Positions 12,561 through 26,138 of a stretch of 64,000 nucleotides of DNA are shown in pieces; within the stretch, counting starts at the first letter, position 1; every line of letters begins with the position of its first letter. Source of the stretch: Octopus sinensis (lineage: Eukaryota); NCBI RefSeq assembly GCF_006345805.1, contig NC_043003.1, positions 24,676,001-24,740,000 of the forward strand, read 5' to 3'. The translations under genes were made by a program, and so were the position numbers. Under the pieces are notes generated by a model. The model did not search any database. It was not told the DNA's origin and saw nothing but the letters and a program-made list of their open reading frames with translations.

Positions 12561-12918
12561 CAGTGTGTGGTGAATAAACTGTCATCTAAATTACACAAAA
12601 ATGAGAATAAAACTGACATTTCATATTAACACATATTTGCATAAAATTATTTGCACTAAATTACATAAAAATATCTTGAAATATTAAAGAGTAAATTTAT
12701 TCAATAAAATTGCCATTGGCTTCAACCATGGCCTCCAGACAACTTCAAAATCTCCTGCAACTCTTCTTGATGGTCACCTTGTATGAGTTGGTGAATGCTG
12801 CCATAAGCCTTACCTTCAGTTCATTGTTGGTATTATAAGGAGTTTTGTTAGTCTCTCGCTCAACTATACCCCACACATCATAATCAAGGGGTTTGCAGTC
12901 TGGGGTGTTAGGTGCCAT
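12561..12918 (-). mobile_element. Second partial copy of the same Tc1/mariner element
   Basis: Homologous to 7681-8030; encodes APNTPDCKPLDYDVWGIVERETNK. Confidence 0.85.
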
Positions 12919-12919
12919 G

Positions 12920-13070
12920 GACCTTCTTTTAAGGACTGTAATCTTTACAAACAATTTAGCATATTTATTTGTTTCTTCAACAAATTCTTGAATTAGTGAC
13001 ACTAAGGAATACTGAAAATAAACCATAGTCTTTCCTGTGACTGTATTCTGTGGCCCAGGTGTTTCCATTT
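12920..13070 (-). mobile_element. piggyBac/PGBD-like transposase N-terminal fragment
   Basis: ETPGPQ...VYFQY...LIQEFVEETNKYA matches the PGP...YF...IVEETNxYA pattern of piggyBac transposases. Confidence 0.55.
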
Positions 13071-13769
13071 AGGATAAGAACCACTGTTATTATCAAAATC
13101 TCTTACCACATAACCATTATCACCATTTTAGTGTCCACTTTTCCACATTTTCATGGGTCAGATAGAATTCATTGATGCAAACTTTCTACAGCGAATGCCC
13201 TTCCTGTTGCCAATACTCTTTTACTTGTTTCAGTCATTTGACTGTGGCCATGCTGGAGCACCGCCTTTAGTCGAGCAGATCAACCACGGAACTTATTCTT
13301 TGTAAGCCTACTACTTATTCTATTTGTCTCTTTTGCCGAACCGCTAAGTTATTGGGACATAAACACACCAGCATTGGTTGTCAAGCGATGTTGGGGGCAC
13401 AAACACTTACACACATATATATACATATACATATATACGACAGGCTTCTTTCAGTTTCCGTCTACCAAATCCACTCACAAGGCTTTGGTCGGCCCGAGGC
13501 TATAGTAGAAAACACTTGCCCAAGGTGTCACGCAGTGGGACTGAACCAAGCTTCTTATCACACAGCCATTCCTGCACCAATATTCATCTATTTCTAATAA
13601 ACAAGGTAATATTTCGCCCATGACCAGATATGTTTTTGCAGAATATTGGAAATGATTGGCACTGCTTGTATGACTGACCATGATTTGCAGCTATCATGTA
13701 ATGTGAGGGCAAGGAGACACCAGCACACACACTACATATATACACAATACATACATAAAAAATATCTGG

Positions 13770-14080
13770 CACTGTGTCAGTTACAACAGTGAGAGTTCCA
13801 CTTGATCCAATCAATGGAACAGCCTGCTCATGAAATTAACGTACAAGTGGCTGAGCATTCCACAGATACATGTACCCTTAAAGTAGTCCTCAGGGATATT
13901 CAGTATGGCATGAAATGTGACGAAGGTGGCCCTTTGAAATACAGGTACTATTCATTTTTGCCAGCTGAGTGGACTGGAGCAACGTGAAATAAAGTGTTTT
14001 GCTCAAGGACTCAACACACCATCTGGAATCGAACTCATGACCAGATGATTGTGAGCCAGATGTCTTAACCACTAAGCCAT
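13770..14080 (-). mobile_element. tRNA-derived SINE family C (Meta/V-like core); related copies ~44368-44690, 55040-55200, 55505-55775, 63700-63880
   Basis: Minus strand ggcttagtggttaag...gagttcgattcc...gtccttgagcaaaacact...tccactcagctg. Confidence 0.7.
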
Positions 14081-15923
14081 GAATCTTCACTAAACACATA
14101 CTCACACACACATACACTCTCTCACAACAAGCTTCTTTCAGTTTCTGTCTGGCATATGTACTCACAAGGCTTTGATCAATCCAAGGCTAATGTAAAAGAC
14201 ACTTGCCCAAGATGCCATGCTGTGGAACTGAATCCAAAACATTGTGCATGGGAAGCAAACTTCTTAACCACACAGCCATGCCTGCACCTCCACCCCAAAG
14301 TAATTATGTCATGGAAAGGTCATTCTTCTCATTTCATAACACACAAAACTGTTAAATTCACTTTTAGTTTATATTTCATTTTCATCACATAACTGCAACC
14401 TTGTCACTGACACATTTCTTTTGAAACTGTTTGGACGTTTATTAATAAGCCTCAGATTTCTCTCTCCCTCTCTCCCCCCCTCTCTCTCTCTCTCTCACAT
14501 GGACAAGCATGACTATGGTTTAGAAATTTGTTTTCCAACCACATGATTTAGTCCCATTGTGCAGCACCTTGGGCAAGTGTCTTCTATCGCAGACTGAGCA
14601 GTGAGTAGATTTGGTAGATGGAAACTGAAAGAAGCCCATCATGTGTGTGTGTGTGTTTATGGTATGTAAGGCAGCAAGCTGGCAAAAACGTTAGTGCGCC
14701 GGGCGAAATGCTTAACGGTATTTTGTCTGCCATTACATTCTGAGTTCAAATTCCACTGAGGTCGACTTTGCCTTTCATCCTTTCGGGGTCGATAAATTAA
14801 GTACCAGTTAAGCACTGGGGTCAATGTAATCGACTTAATCCGTTTGTCTGTCCTCTCTGTGTTTAGCCCCATGTGGGTAGTAAAGAAATAGGCATGTTTA
14901 CGTCCCTGTGACTTAGCGGTTTGGCAAAAGAGTAGAATAAGCACTAGGCTTTAAAAAAAAGTTCTGAGGTCAATTTGTTCAACTAAAACCCTTCAAGCTG
15001 GTGCTCCAGCATGGCCACAGTCAGGTGGCTGAAACTAGCCAAAGGTATAAAAGACAGAAGATATTCATATATCCGAACGTGGCCGTTGCCAGCGCCGCCC
15101 CAACTGGCCTCCGTACCAGTGGCACGTAAAAAGCACCATCCGATCGTGGCTGTTGCCAGCCTCGCCTGGCCTCCGTGCCGGTGGCACGTAAAAAGCGCCA
15201 TCTGATCATGGCCATTGCCAGCCTCGTCTGGCACGTAAAAAGCACTCACTACATTCATGGAGTGGTTGGTGTTAAGAAGGGCATCCAGCCGTAGAAACAT
15301 TGCCAGATCAGACTGGGCCTGGTGCAGCCTTCTGGCTTCCCAGACCCCAGTTGAACCATCCAACCCATGCCAGCATGGAAAGCGGACGCTAAACGATGGT
15401 GATGTGTATGTATATTTATGTGTATATGTCTTGGTGTTATTTTCTTTATATCTCCATAACCTAGCAGTTCAGCATGAGAGACTGATAGAATAAGTACCAA
15501 ACTTACAAAAGAGAAATATGTTCTGATGTCGATTCATTCAACTAAAACCATTCAAGGCAGTGCCCAAGCATGGTCACAGGCCAATGATTGAAACAAATAA
15601 AAGATGATATATATGGATTTGTTGCATTCGTGTTGATTGGCTTTGACCTCTTGACATTGGTCATTGTGCAGTCGTTATTCTCTCTCTCTTTACTCTTTTA
15701 CTTGTTTCAGTCATTTGACTGCGGCCATGCTGGAGCACTGCCTTTAATCGAGCAACTTGACCCCAGGACTTATTCTTTTGTAAGCCCAGTACTTATTCTA
15801 TCGGTCTCTTTTGCCGAACCGCTAAGTAACGGGGACATAAACACACCAGCATCGGTTGTCAAGCAATGCTAGGGGGACAAACACAGACACACAAATACAC
15901 ACACTCATATATATATATATATA

Positions 15924-17587
15924 TTCTGTACGTGAGAAGACCAGGCAATTCTGTACGTGAGAAGACCAGGCAGGACAAGTGAGCCCAGCCCACTTATGAA
16001 TGCCTTTCCTCCCTTGGACACAAAGACCGGCTGAGGCAAGCGAAGTCGATATAGAACCTCATCCGACGACAGACACCCATGCCAACCCCCCATGCTTGCG
16101 AAGACATGTTGGGGCAAACGAAACGAAATCGAAATCGAATTGAACCAGCCAGGATCCCTGGCCTGGTGGTACGTAAAAAGCACCATCCGACTCGTGGCCG
16201 TGGCACGTAAAATACTCCAATGCGACCGTACGACAGGCACCCATGCCAACCTCCTTTGCTTGTGAAGACATGTTGGGGCAAGCGAAATCGAATTGAACCA
16301 GCCAGGATCCCTGGTCTGGTGGTACGTAAAAAGCACTATCCGACTCGTGGCCGTGGCACGTAAAATACTCCAATGCGACCGTACGACAGGCACCCTTGCC
16401 AACCCCCTTTGCTTGTGAAGACATGTTGGGGCAAACGAAATCGAAATCGAATTGAACCAGCCAGGATCCCTGGTCTGGTGGTACGTAAAAAGCACTATCC
16501 GACTCGTGGCCGTGGCACGTAAAATACTCCAATGCGACCGTACGACAGGCACCCTTGCCAACCCCCTTTGCTTGTGAAGACATGTTGGGGCAACGAAATC
16601 GAAATCGAATTGAACAGCCAGGATCCCTGGTCTGGTGGTACGTAAAAAGCACTATCCGACTCGTGGCCGTGGCACGTAAAATACTCCAATGCGACCGTAC
16701 GACAGGCACCCTTGCCAACCCCCTTTGCTTGTGAAGACATGTTGGGGCAAACGAAATCGAAATCGAATTGAACCAGCCAGGATCCCTGGTCTGGTGGTAC
16801 GTAAAAAGCACTATCGACTCGTGGCCGTGGCACGTAAAATACTCCAATGCGACCGTACGACAGGCACCCTTGCCAACCCCCTTTGCTTGTGAAGACATGT
16901 TGGGGCAAACGAAATCGAAATCGAATTGAACCAGCCAGGATCCCTGGTCTGGTGGTACGTAAAAAGCACTATCCGACTCGTGGCCGTGGCACGTAAAATA
17001 CTCCAATGCGACCGTACGACAGGCACCCTTGCCAACCCCCTTTGCTTGTGAAGACATGTTGGGGCAAACGAAATCGAAATCGAATTGAACCAGCCAGGAT
17101 CCCTGGTCTGGTGGTACGTAAAAAGCACTATCCGACTCGTGGCCGTGGCACGTAAAATACTCCAATGCGACCGTACGACAGGCACCCTTGCCAACCCCCT
17201 TTGCTTGTGAAGACATGTTGGGGCAAACGAAATCGAAATCGAATTGAACCAGCCAGGATCCCTGGTCTGGTGGTACGTAAAAAGCACTATCCGACTCGTG
17301 GCCGATGCCAGCACCGCCTCGACTGGCTTCCGTGCCGGTGGCACATAAAATACACCAATCTGACCGTGGCCGTTGCCAGCCCCGCCTGGCACCTGTGCAG
17401 GTGGCACGTAAAAGCACCCACTACACTCACGGAGTGGTTGGCGTTAGGAAGGGCATCCAGCTGTAGAACATTGCCAAATTAGACTGGAGCCTGGTGCAGC
17501 CTTCTGGCTTCCCAGAACCCCGGTCGAACCGTCCAACCCATGCTAGCATGGAGAACGGACGTTAAACGACGATGATGATGATGATGA
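15924..17587 (+). mobile_element. 5'-truncated RTE insertion (last ORF2 codons, expanded 3'UTR, GAT tail) inside the (TA)n of a family-A SINE
   Basis: Start homologous to 1526-1660; ~26-bp duplication at the 5' junction; SINE halves on both sides (15689-15905 and 17600-17705). Confidence 0.85.
16065..17303 (+). repeat. Tandem array, 159-bp unit, about 8 copies
   Basis: ggggcaa(a)cgaaatcgaa recurs near 16114, 16277, 16431, 16590, 16747, 16905, 17064 and 17223; distal copies are essentially identical. Confidence 0.95.
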
Positions 17588-18590
17588 TATATATATATAC
17601 ACATATATACGACAGGCTTCTTTCAGTTTCCATTTACCAAATCCACTCACAAGGCTTTGGTTTGCCCGAGGCTATAGTAGAAGACACTTGCCCAAAGTGC
17701 CACGCATTGAATTCTGCTTTTTTTGTTTCTTTACATCGTATGTCATTGACATCATTCTACAGATTTTTTTTTTTGGTGGTGGTGGTTGCTTTTGTTTTTT
17801 TTTTTGTTTTCTTGAAAGTCAGTTTCTAATTTATACATACCCCTTGTTTGCTGCCTACAAATATATAAGGTATATTACAACAGCTCTTTGTTGTGATAGT
17901 AGACAGCTGTAAAAAAAAAAAAATAGACTCCTCTTATGTAGGTTAAATTTTATTTTAAACGTGTTGTTATAAAGGAAAGTAAAAAGGATTGGCAACAATT
18001 AATTTAGAAATAACACAGATATATATATATATGCATCTTTGTTCATAAACTTACTTTTGTAACTATGCTTTCTTAACTGTATACACACACAAATACGTGT
18101 GTGTATGTGTGTACATTTGTGCATATATCTGCATGTAAATATATATGTATGAAATAGATTAGTCTTATAGGTGGCGGGGGGCGGGAAAATATTCATTTCC
18201 TTTGTGTGGTACATTGGTGTTACTCTATTCAAAGTTATGGTTGACATAGTGTTCCTATTCTCAAATGCAAATAGTTCAGTTACCAGTCTAAGCGTTGTAT
18301 CATAGGGCCATATAACCATGTTGTCTACATAGAATTTTTCGACCAAACACTTGTGTTTATCTCCTGCATGAAGGTAAATTATTGACGTAGGTTCCCTTAC
18401 AGCATGGCTATGCTAGTGTTAACCTAATCATTTACTAATAAAGGTGTGTCTCGTTTGCAAGTTTCAAGGAGGTTAGCACGTGTTTCTTGAAGGCACCTTA
18501 TATGATATGCAGTATATCTAACTTTACAATTTATATATGGGTTTGTGATATTTTGTGACCACTTTCGCCAGTGTCCTTGTCAAAAGAGTA

Positions 18591-19101
18591 TCATAAATCC
18601 TCGAGTATAGTCCGCCCTTCAGTATAATACGCTGGGGATTTTGGGGGGGCTGTACCTCTGAAAAACATAAATCTTGTGTATAATATGCACCCCTTCTCTA
18701 ACTTGAGTCAAGGAGGTCTATATAACGTCCTTGGTTTGTAAAAATATATACGGTAATGTTCTTTATTATTATTGTATATATAACATAATGCAAACATGTA
18801 GCTTTTTTGTGCATTTTGTTTGCAGAAAATAAAGAAATAACAGTAGTAACGTTTAATAAATGTTGCTTGCTGCAAGTTATTGATGATTCTTTTATGACTT
18901 CATTGCTTTCAGGCTTAGCTTAAGGTATTTTCGCCCCCAACATCACAAAATGCGTCTAAATAAACATTGTCAGACAGCAAATCGAGACTCGGACATTGCT
19001 TAGAAAATATTTTAAATTTTTAACCTCATAAATACTACGCATTAGGGATTTTGACCTTTAAATTTTGTGGAAAAATGCGGATTATACTCGAGGATTTACG
19101 G
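18591..19101. mobile_element. Tc2/pogo-type (TcMar) non-autonomous element
   Basis: TA-tcataaatcctcgagtatagtccgc ... gcggattatactcgaggatttacgg-TA. Confidence 0.8.
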
Positions 19102-19404
19102 TAGATCTTACAGGTAAATTACAAGTAATCAGTTTAATAGATATCTGTATTTTGTTGGGGGTTTTTTTGTGATTTTAATTTAAGATTAGACTCTTGGAGG
19201 ATTCTTCTAAATTTACTCACTAATTATTTATTAGGTATTGCATTTCTAAACATTATGCTATTAAGCCTATTATTTTCAATCTATGTATAGACTTGAATAC
19301 AAGTGAGAGATGCCTTCACGAAAGGCATCTGGCTGCAGTAAATCTACCACAGTGAATTCCATTGAATGCATGTAAGCATAGAAAAGTTAATAATAAAATG
19401 ATTT

Positions 19405-19440
<36 letters not shown>

Positions 19441-20309
19441 TGTTCGTCTCTGTTGCGTTGCATTCTTTCCTTCTGGGGCTGGCCGATTCAGAGCAGATCT
19501 CAGAATTAAACAGCCGAAATCTGCGATGATGAATCGGTTTCTGACTGAAGAACGAAGGCTTTGAATGACCCGTCTGTCTCTTATGTTCGTCCCTTCGTGT
19601 ATTTCACGTTATTTATATATGTAAAGGTTTATTATATATATATATATATATGTACATACATATATATATAAATTTATTTTCTACATGTTTCAGTCATTGA
19701 ACTGCAGCCATGCGGCGGCACCTCTCTGAAGGGTTTTGTTGAATACATTGACCCCAGTGTTTATTTTTCAAGCCTGGTGCTTGCTCTATCTGTCTCTTTT
19801 GCTGAACCTCTAAGTTATAGAGATGTAAACACACTAACACCAGTTGTCAAGCAGTGATACAGGACAAACACACACACACACATGTTATGGCTCCTTTCAG
19901 TTTCTGTCTACCAAGTTCAATCTCAAAGCTTCGGTCATCCAGCCCGGGGTTTTAGTAGAAGACATTTGTCCGAGTTGCCATGAATGGGACTGAACCCAGA
20001 ACCATGTGGTTGAGAAGTAAACTTCTTACCACACATATTTTACATCCTGGTTTCCATCTATTATGAGCTGAACAATCCTTACACACCACACACACACACA
20101 CACACACATACACGCAATTATGATAGGTTTCCATGCCCCTAATTCCACAAAGAGGGATTTTACTTTTGATCAAACCAAAATCATGGTAGACAGTTACCAA
20201 AGGCACCATGCACTGAGATCAAACCCAAAATCACATAGCTTTGAAACAGACTTCCAAACCATAAGCACACACCCACACACACACGACACAATCATGCTCA
20301 TACACACAC

Positions 20310-20566
20310 ACACACACAAGTATTTATTCTTTGTATAAATCTTTCTTCTTAGCAATAAAATTCCAGATTTCCTTTCATTCTTTCTGATTTATGTGAAATA
20401 TTTGGAAGAAATATTTGCTCATGATATTAGAAAAAAGAAATTGCCGAATAAAAATACAAAGATAAAAATCATTTCTTTTAGATGTGTTAATGCATTACAA
20501 TGTGAAAGTAACTGACATAGCATTTTATATTGCATCCTCATGTGTCTGTGTGTGTGTGTGCATGCA

Positions 20567-20598
<32 letters not shown>

Positions 20599-22020
20599 TC
20601 CCCTTAATACATCTAACAGAGTACTTAATTTTCAGTTATATTTCAAAAAAATACAGCAATGTGCATAAGGCGGATTTGAACTTGCGACTTGTGTAACCGG
20701 TGTTTGTCTCCTTAGCTACCTGCCACTTAATATTCTTGTTGCCGAGATCGTATTGTCTACCTCTGTTCTTTGACTTTCTCTTTCCCTCCCTCTCTCTCTC
20801 TCTCTCTCTTTCACTGTCATATACATGTATATGTGTGTGTGTGTGTTTGTGTGTGTATGTATAGATAGATAGATAGATAGAGATGTACATAAAGGTGTGT
20901 GTGTGTGTGTGTGTGTGTGTGTCTGTTGTATGAATCTGCATATATCCATCCTTCTCACTTTCTATCTCTCTGCTGTAGCCCTCCCTCTGCTGATATCAAC
21001 TGTAAATATTAACTCCAGTTCTATTCTGTTTCTACTGCAAAATGCTGTCTCACATACATAACTACATACATACACACAGCTGTGGACCAACTACCACCTG
21101 CAAGAGAGAACTCCTCCTACCACACACAAATACACACATATACACATACATACACACACACACACACAAGTATTTATTCTTTGTATAAATCTTTCTTCTT
21201 AGCAATAAAATTCCAGATTTCCTTTCATTCTTTCTGATTTATGTGAAATATTTGGAAGAAATATTTGCTCATGATATTAGAAAAAAGAAATTGCCGATAA
21301 AAATACAAAGATAAAAATCATTTCTTTTAGATGTGTTAATGCATTACAATGTGAAAGTAACTGACATAGCATTTTATATTGCATCCTCATGTGTCTGTGT
21401 GTGTGTGTGCATGCATGTGTGTGTGTGTGTGTGTGTGTGAATGTCCCCTTAATACATCTAACAGAGTACTTAATTTTCAGTTATATTTCAAAAAAATACA
21501 GCAATGTGCATAAGGCGGATTTGAACTTGCAACTTGTGTAACCGGTGTTTGTCTCCTTAGCTACCTGCCACTTAATATTCTTGTTGCCGAGATCGTATTG
21601 TCTACCTCTGTTCTTTGACTTTCTCTTTCCCTCCCTCTCTCTCTCTCTCTCTCTTTCACTGTCATATACATGTATATGTGTGTGTGTGTGTTTGTGTGTG
21701 TATGTATAGATAGATAGATAGATAGAGATGTACATAAAGGTGTGTGTGTGTGTGGTGTGTGTGTGTGTGTGTCTGTTGTATGAATCTGCATATATCCATC
21801 CTTCTCACTTTCTATCTCTCTGCTGTAGCCCTCCCTCTGCTGATATCAACTGTAAATATTAACTCCAGTTCTATTCTGTTTCTACTGCAAAATGCTGTCT
21901 CACATACATAACTACATACATACACACAGCTGTGGACCAACTACCACCTGCAAGAGAGAACTCCTCCTACCACACACAAATACACACATATACACATACA
22001 TACACACACACACACACACA
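20310..22020 (+). repeat. 850-bp tandem duplication (2 near-identical copies)
   Basis: tatttattctttgtataaat at 20321 and 21171; ctaccacctgcaagagagaa at 21091 and 21941. Confidence 0.95.
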
Positions 22021-22382
22021 CACTATTAGCTTTTACAGTTGTCTGGTGCTACTGTTGTCAGAGTGGGCTTCCTATCCAAATATCATCCATATACCCGTAG
22101 CTTGTCTGGCAGTTCATTTACTCTTCCAGCCTCTGATTTCTGTGGATGGCCTTGTCGTTGTGGCACTTATCCATTGACTTAACTTGGAATTGATCCCCCA
22201 ACAAACAGCACTATTATTATTATTATTATTATTTGTAGTGGTAGTAGTAGTAGTAGTTGTAGTAGTAGTATTAGGATTAGTGGTGGTGGTCGTGGTGGTA
22301 GCGGTGGTGTTGCTCAACTTAAGTTATGACACAACACTTATTCAAAGATTTCTTTTACGTTCTATTTTACTCGGTCTAATCT

Positions 22383-22442
<60 letters not shown>

Positions 22443-25400
22443 TATAAAATGCGTTCTTTTTTTTCTCTCCCATTAAAGTAATTTTCTTTGGGTTTTTTTT
22501 TTATGTTGGTGGGGGAAATCCTCCTAAGACATTAATATTGTTGCTGTTGTTATGACAGTAATAAAGGGGCCTATTTAAAAAAAAAATATATTTTTTAATA
22601 TCTGGATTCAAATACACGATACATATATATACACACACACATATATATATATGCATGCACATGCATGCATTGCAGAAAACTATTATATTGTTATGAGAGC
22701 TATACACATGTTTGTCTAAAAAGAAAATATATAAATATATACATATATATATACACACACGCACAGGCATACGCACATATACAGATATACGTATATACTG
22801 ACATACACATATATATATTTATATGCACACTGACAAACATACACACACACAAAATACAAATTACGCTTACGGTCTGTATATGTCTACCGCAAGGATATTA
22901 ACTGGAAGTAAAATTATTCCCCTCTGTGGTGGTGTTTTTAATGTAAGTACATATACATATATATATATAGCATGCTTTGTATATATTTCTCTTCAACCTT
23001 ACCTTGTTTCATGATTTGTCTGTTGTACATTTACAAACGCATATTCATAGAAGACAGATCTATCTATCTCTCTGTATATCTATCCATCTCTGTATCTATC
23101 CATTGCTTTATCTCTGTTTATCCTTCTATCTGTCTCATGCAACACATTTTACTTACACTAATAACTTATTGACCACTATTATTATTGTTGTTATTGCTAT
23201 TATTATTGTTATTATTATTATCATTATTATTATTGTTATTATTATTATTTTTGTTTATCATTGTTATTATTATTATCATTATTATTATTGTTATTATTAT
23301 TATTTGTGAGCTGGTAGAATCCTTAGTGCATCAGACAAAATGATTAGTGGTATTTCTTCCAGTTCTTGGTGTTCTGAGTTCAAATCCTGCTGAGGTCAGC
23401 TTTGCCTTTCATCGTTCCAGGGTTGATAAAACGAAGTACCACTCAAGTACTTGAACTGATGCACTCAACTAAATCCTTACCCCTAAAGTTACTGGCATTG
23501 TGATTAAATTTGAAACATCATCATCATCATCATTATTATTATTATTCAGTAGTTTTATTTTTATAGTGTGCTTTCACTTCACTACCAAGCGCAGCTCTGT
23601 GTGCCTTGGGTATGTGCTGTGGTTTGCTATGATGCTCTTATGGTTACTATTGTTATAATTATTATTATTATTAAGGTAGTGGGCTGGTAGAATTGTTAGT
23701 ATGTCAGGCAAAATGCCTGGCGGCATTTTATCCATCTTTATGATCTGAGTTCAAATTCTGCCGAGGTCGACTACTTTGCCTTTCATCCTTCCAGGGTCGA
23801 TAAAATAAGTACCAGTTGGACACTGGGGGGTCGATGTAATCAACTTACACTCTCCCCCAAAATAGCTGGCCTTGTGCCAGTGCCAATATTTGAAACTGTC
23901 ATCATTATCATCATCATCATCATTATTATTATTATTATTATTTCGAAATTTGTGCTTGTGTGTTTTTGTATGCATGAAAGAAGGCGTTAAATATTTGTTC
24001 TTTACAAGCTATTGTGCAGTTTTTTTTTGTTTTGTTTTGTTGGGTTTTTTTTTAACTTTTAGTAGACACACATTGACAATGATAAATTTAACTTCAGTTT
24101 TTTTTTGTTTTGTTTTTTGCAGTGGGGATATTGTGAATATATCTCACACACACACAACACACACCTCTTGTTATATGTAAATGCATAAGTGAATATCAAT
24201 GTGTATAGATATGTGAATATGTATACAAAAATGCATGTGTAAATGCGTGCATGTGCACAAGTTTGAATGTGTGTGTGTTTGTGCGAATGTATAAATCTGC
24301 ATAAAGATGATTGTACATGTGTATGTTTGTGCGCATTTATACATGTATGTGTGCATGTGATCGTGTAAATATATAAATGCGTATACATATGTGTTTGTGT
24401 AGGAATATGCATATTTATTTGTGTGAATGAGTGTGTGTGTGTGTATGTATATATGGATGCATATATATGCACATGTACTCTACATGCATTTGCAAACACT
24501 AACCTTATTGAGTATTTGATGTTCTCATTGTGGTTTAACCCCTGGTTAGTTCTGATTGAATGGGCCTGTGACTATATCTAAGACTGCATTACTCAACGTA
24601 CCCTTTCTTTTTCCTTAAGACATCAGGATGTGATTGGAGGGGAATTTGGTCGACATTTCTAGCAAATCTATTGAGTATGTAGTGGCTACCTTGGTGGCTG
24701 ATTCGAAATTTGAACACAAATTAGTAGTTCATTATATGCTTATGCACACTGGTATAGGTGCTTATTTTACTGCCAAGTTAAGAATGTCTGTATCCATATT
24801 TATTGTTCTGAGTTGCTGATTTATTAATCACCTGTGTGTGTGCGCGCACGCGCATGTGTGTGATTACCATTGTCATGTTAATGTCCACTTTTCTGTGGTT
24901 GCATGGGTCAGATGGAACTCATCGAGGCAGCTTGTCTACAGCCGGCTGCCTTTGTATTTTTTGTCTTGTTACCAACAGTCACCTGTTTCCAAGCAATATA
25001 ATATTTCCACGTTGCATTGCTAAACGTGTTTTCGCAACAGAGTAGAAGTGAAGGCTTGTGTTTGTGTGACTGCGACACTCATTTGTAACTATCGTGCATT
25101 TTCAAAACAAAGAGACACAAACACATGCTTGTGTGCACATGCACACACACATGCAAACACGCATATGTACACACACACACACACATTTATATGTACACGA
25201 CTTCTTTCTTTCGGTTTCCATCCACGAAATCTTTTCAGAAGTCTTTGGTCAGCCTAGGTCTATTTGCCCAAGGTGTTTTGGTTGTGCAGTGGGACTGAAA
25301 GCAAAGCCATGTGCTTATGAAGGGAATTTCTCAACTACAAAGCCATGTCTGCACGCACTCTCTCTCTCGCACACACACACAATAATGTGTAGAAAATCAA

Positions 25401-26084
25401 ACAGGAACCATGTAGGGCTAAGACGACTCTTTAGTTAAGTGTTGTTGAGGACATAACAACCCCTCTGATGCTGGTGCCATGATAAAAATGCACCCAGTAC
25501 ATTCTATAAATATATGGTGTTAGGAAGGTCATTGAGCTACAGAAGCCATGCCTCAACTGAGACATGCAAACAAGACAAGGCCCTCTGGCCCATCTAAGTG
25601 GGCAGTAACTCTGAATTAGAATTGACCCAATCCATACTAGCATGGTAAACAAACACACAAGTATGATAATAATGGTATGTTGTGGTTTAAGTATTAAAGT
25701 ACTACTGAACACATGCTTTTGAAGGAAGTATATAGAATCTGTTGGGTGGGGAATAGGGATAAGGGTTACTATTTTCAATGATGTCTCTATTCCTGCTTCA
25801 CATCTACTGATTACAGTATATTTCAATGCATTCTACTGATTACAGTATATTTCAATGCATTGAATATGCTGCTCTGTGTGTGAAATCAAGGTATTTTTTC
25901 CTTTATAGTATTCAACAACTAATCAGAAATTAGTTGGGATTATGACCAATGCTCATATGTAATAAATAAACAGAAAGAATGAATTCCTTGAAAATACCTA
26001 TAAAAAGAAAATCTGCATTATATTTACCTTACAGCAGCCTTCAGGAACTTACACACACACACACCACACACACACACACACACA

Positions 26085-26137
<53 letters not shown>

Positions 26138-26138
<1 letters not shown>

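Noticed and set aside
16065-17303. CRISPR-like array
   Set aside because: Units are identical along their whole length with no unique spacers; the context is eukaryotic and no cas genes are present.
16059-17417. 452-aa and overlapping 198/218-aa minus-strand ORFs
   Set aside because: They arise from a 159-bp (53-codon) tandem unit in a LINE 3'UTR; several frames are open and frames switch at 1-nt indels.
20660-20730. tRNA gene on the minus strand (and SINE heads elsewhere)
   Set aside because: Only degenerate A/B boxes are present and no complete cloverleaf can be built; treated as SINE-derived.
25803-25861. 29-bp tandem duplication (similar small ones at 37595-37645 and 41110-41150)
   Set aside because: Ordinary slippage duplications with no further structure.
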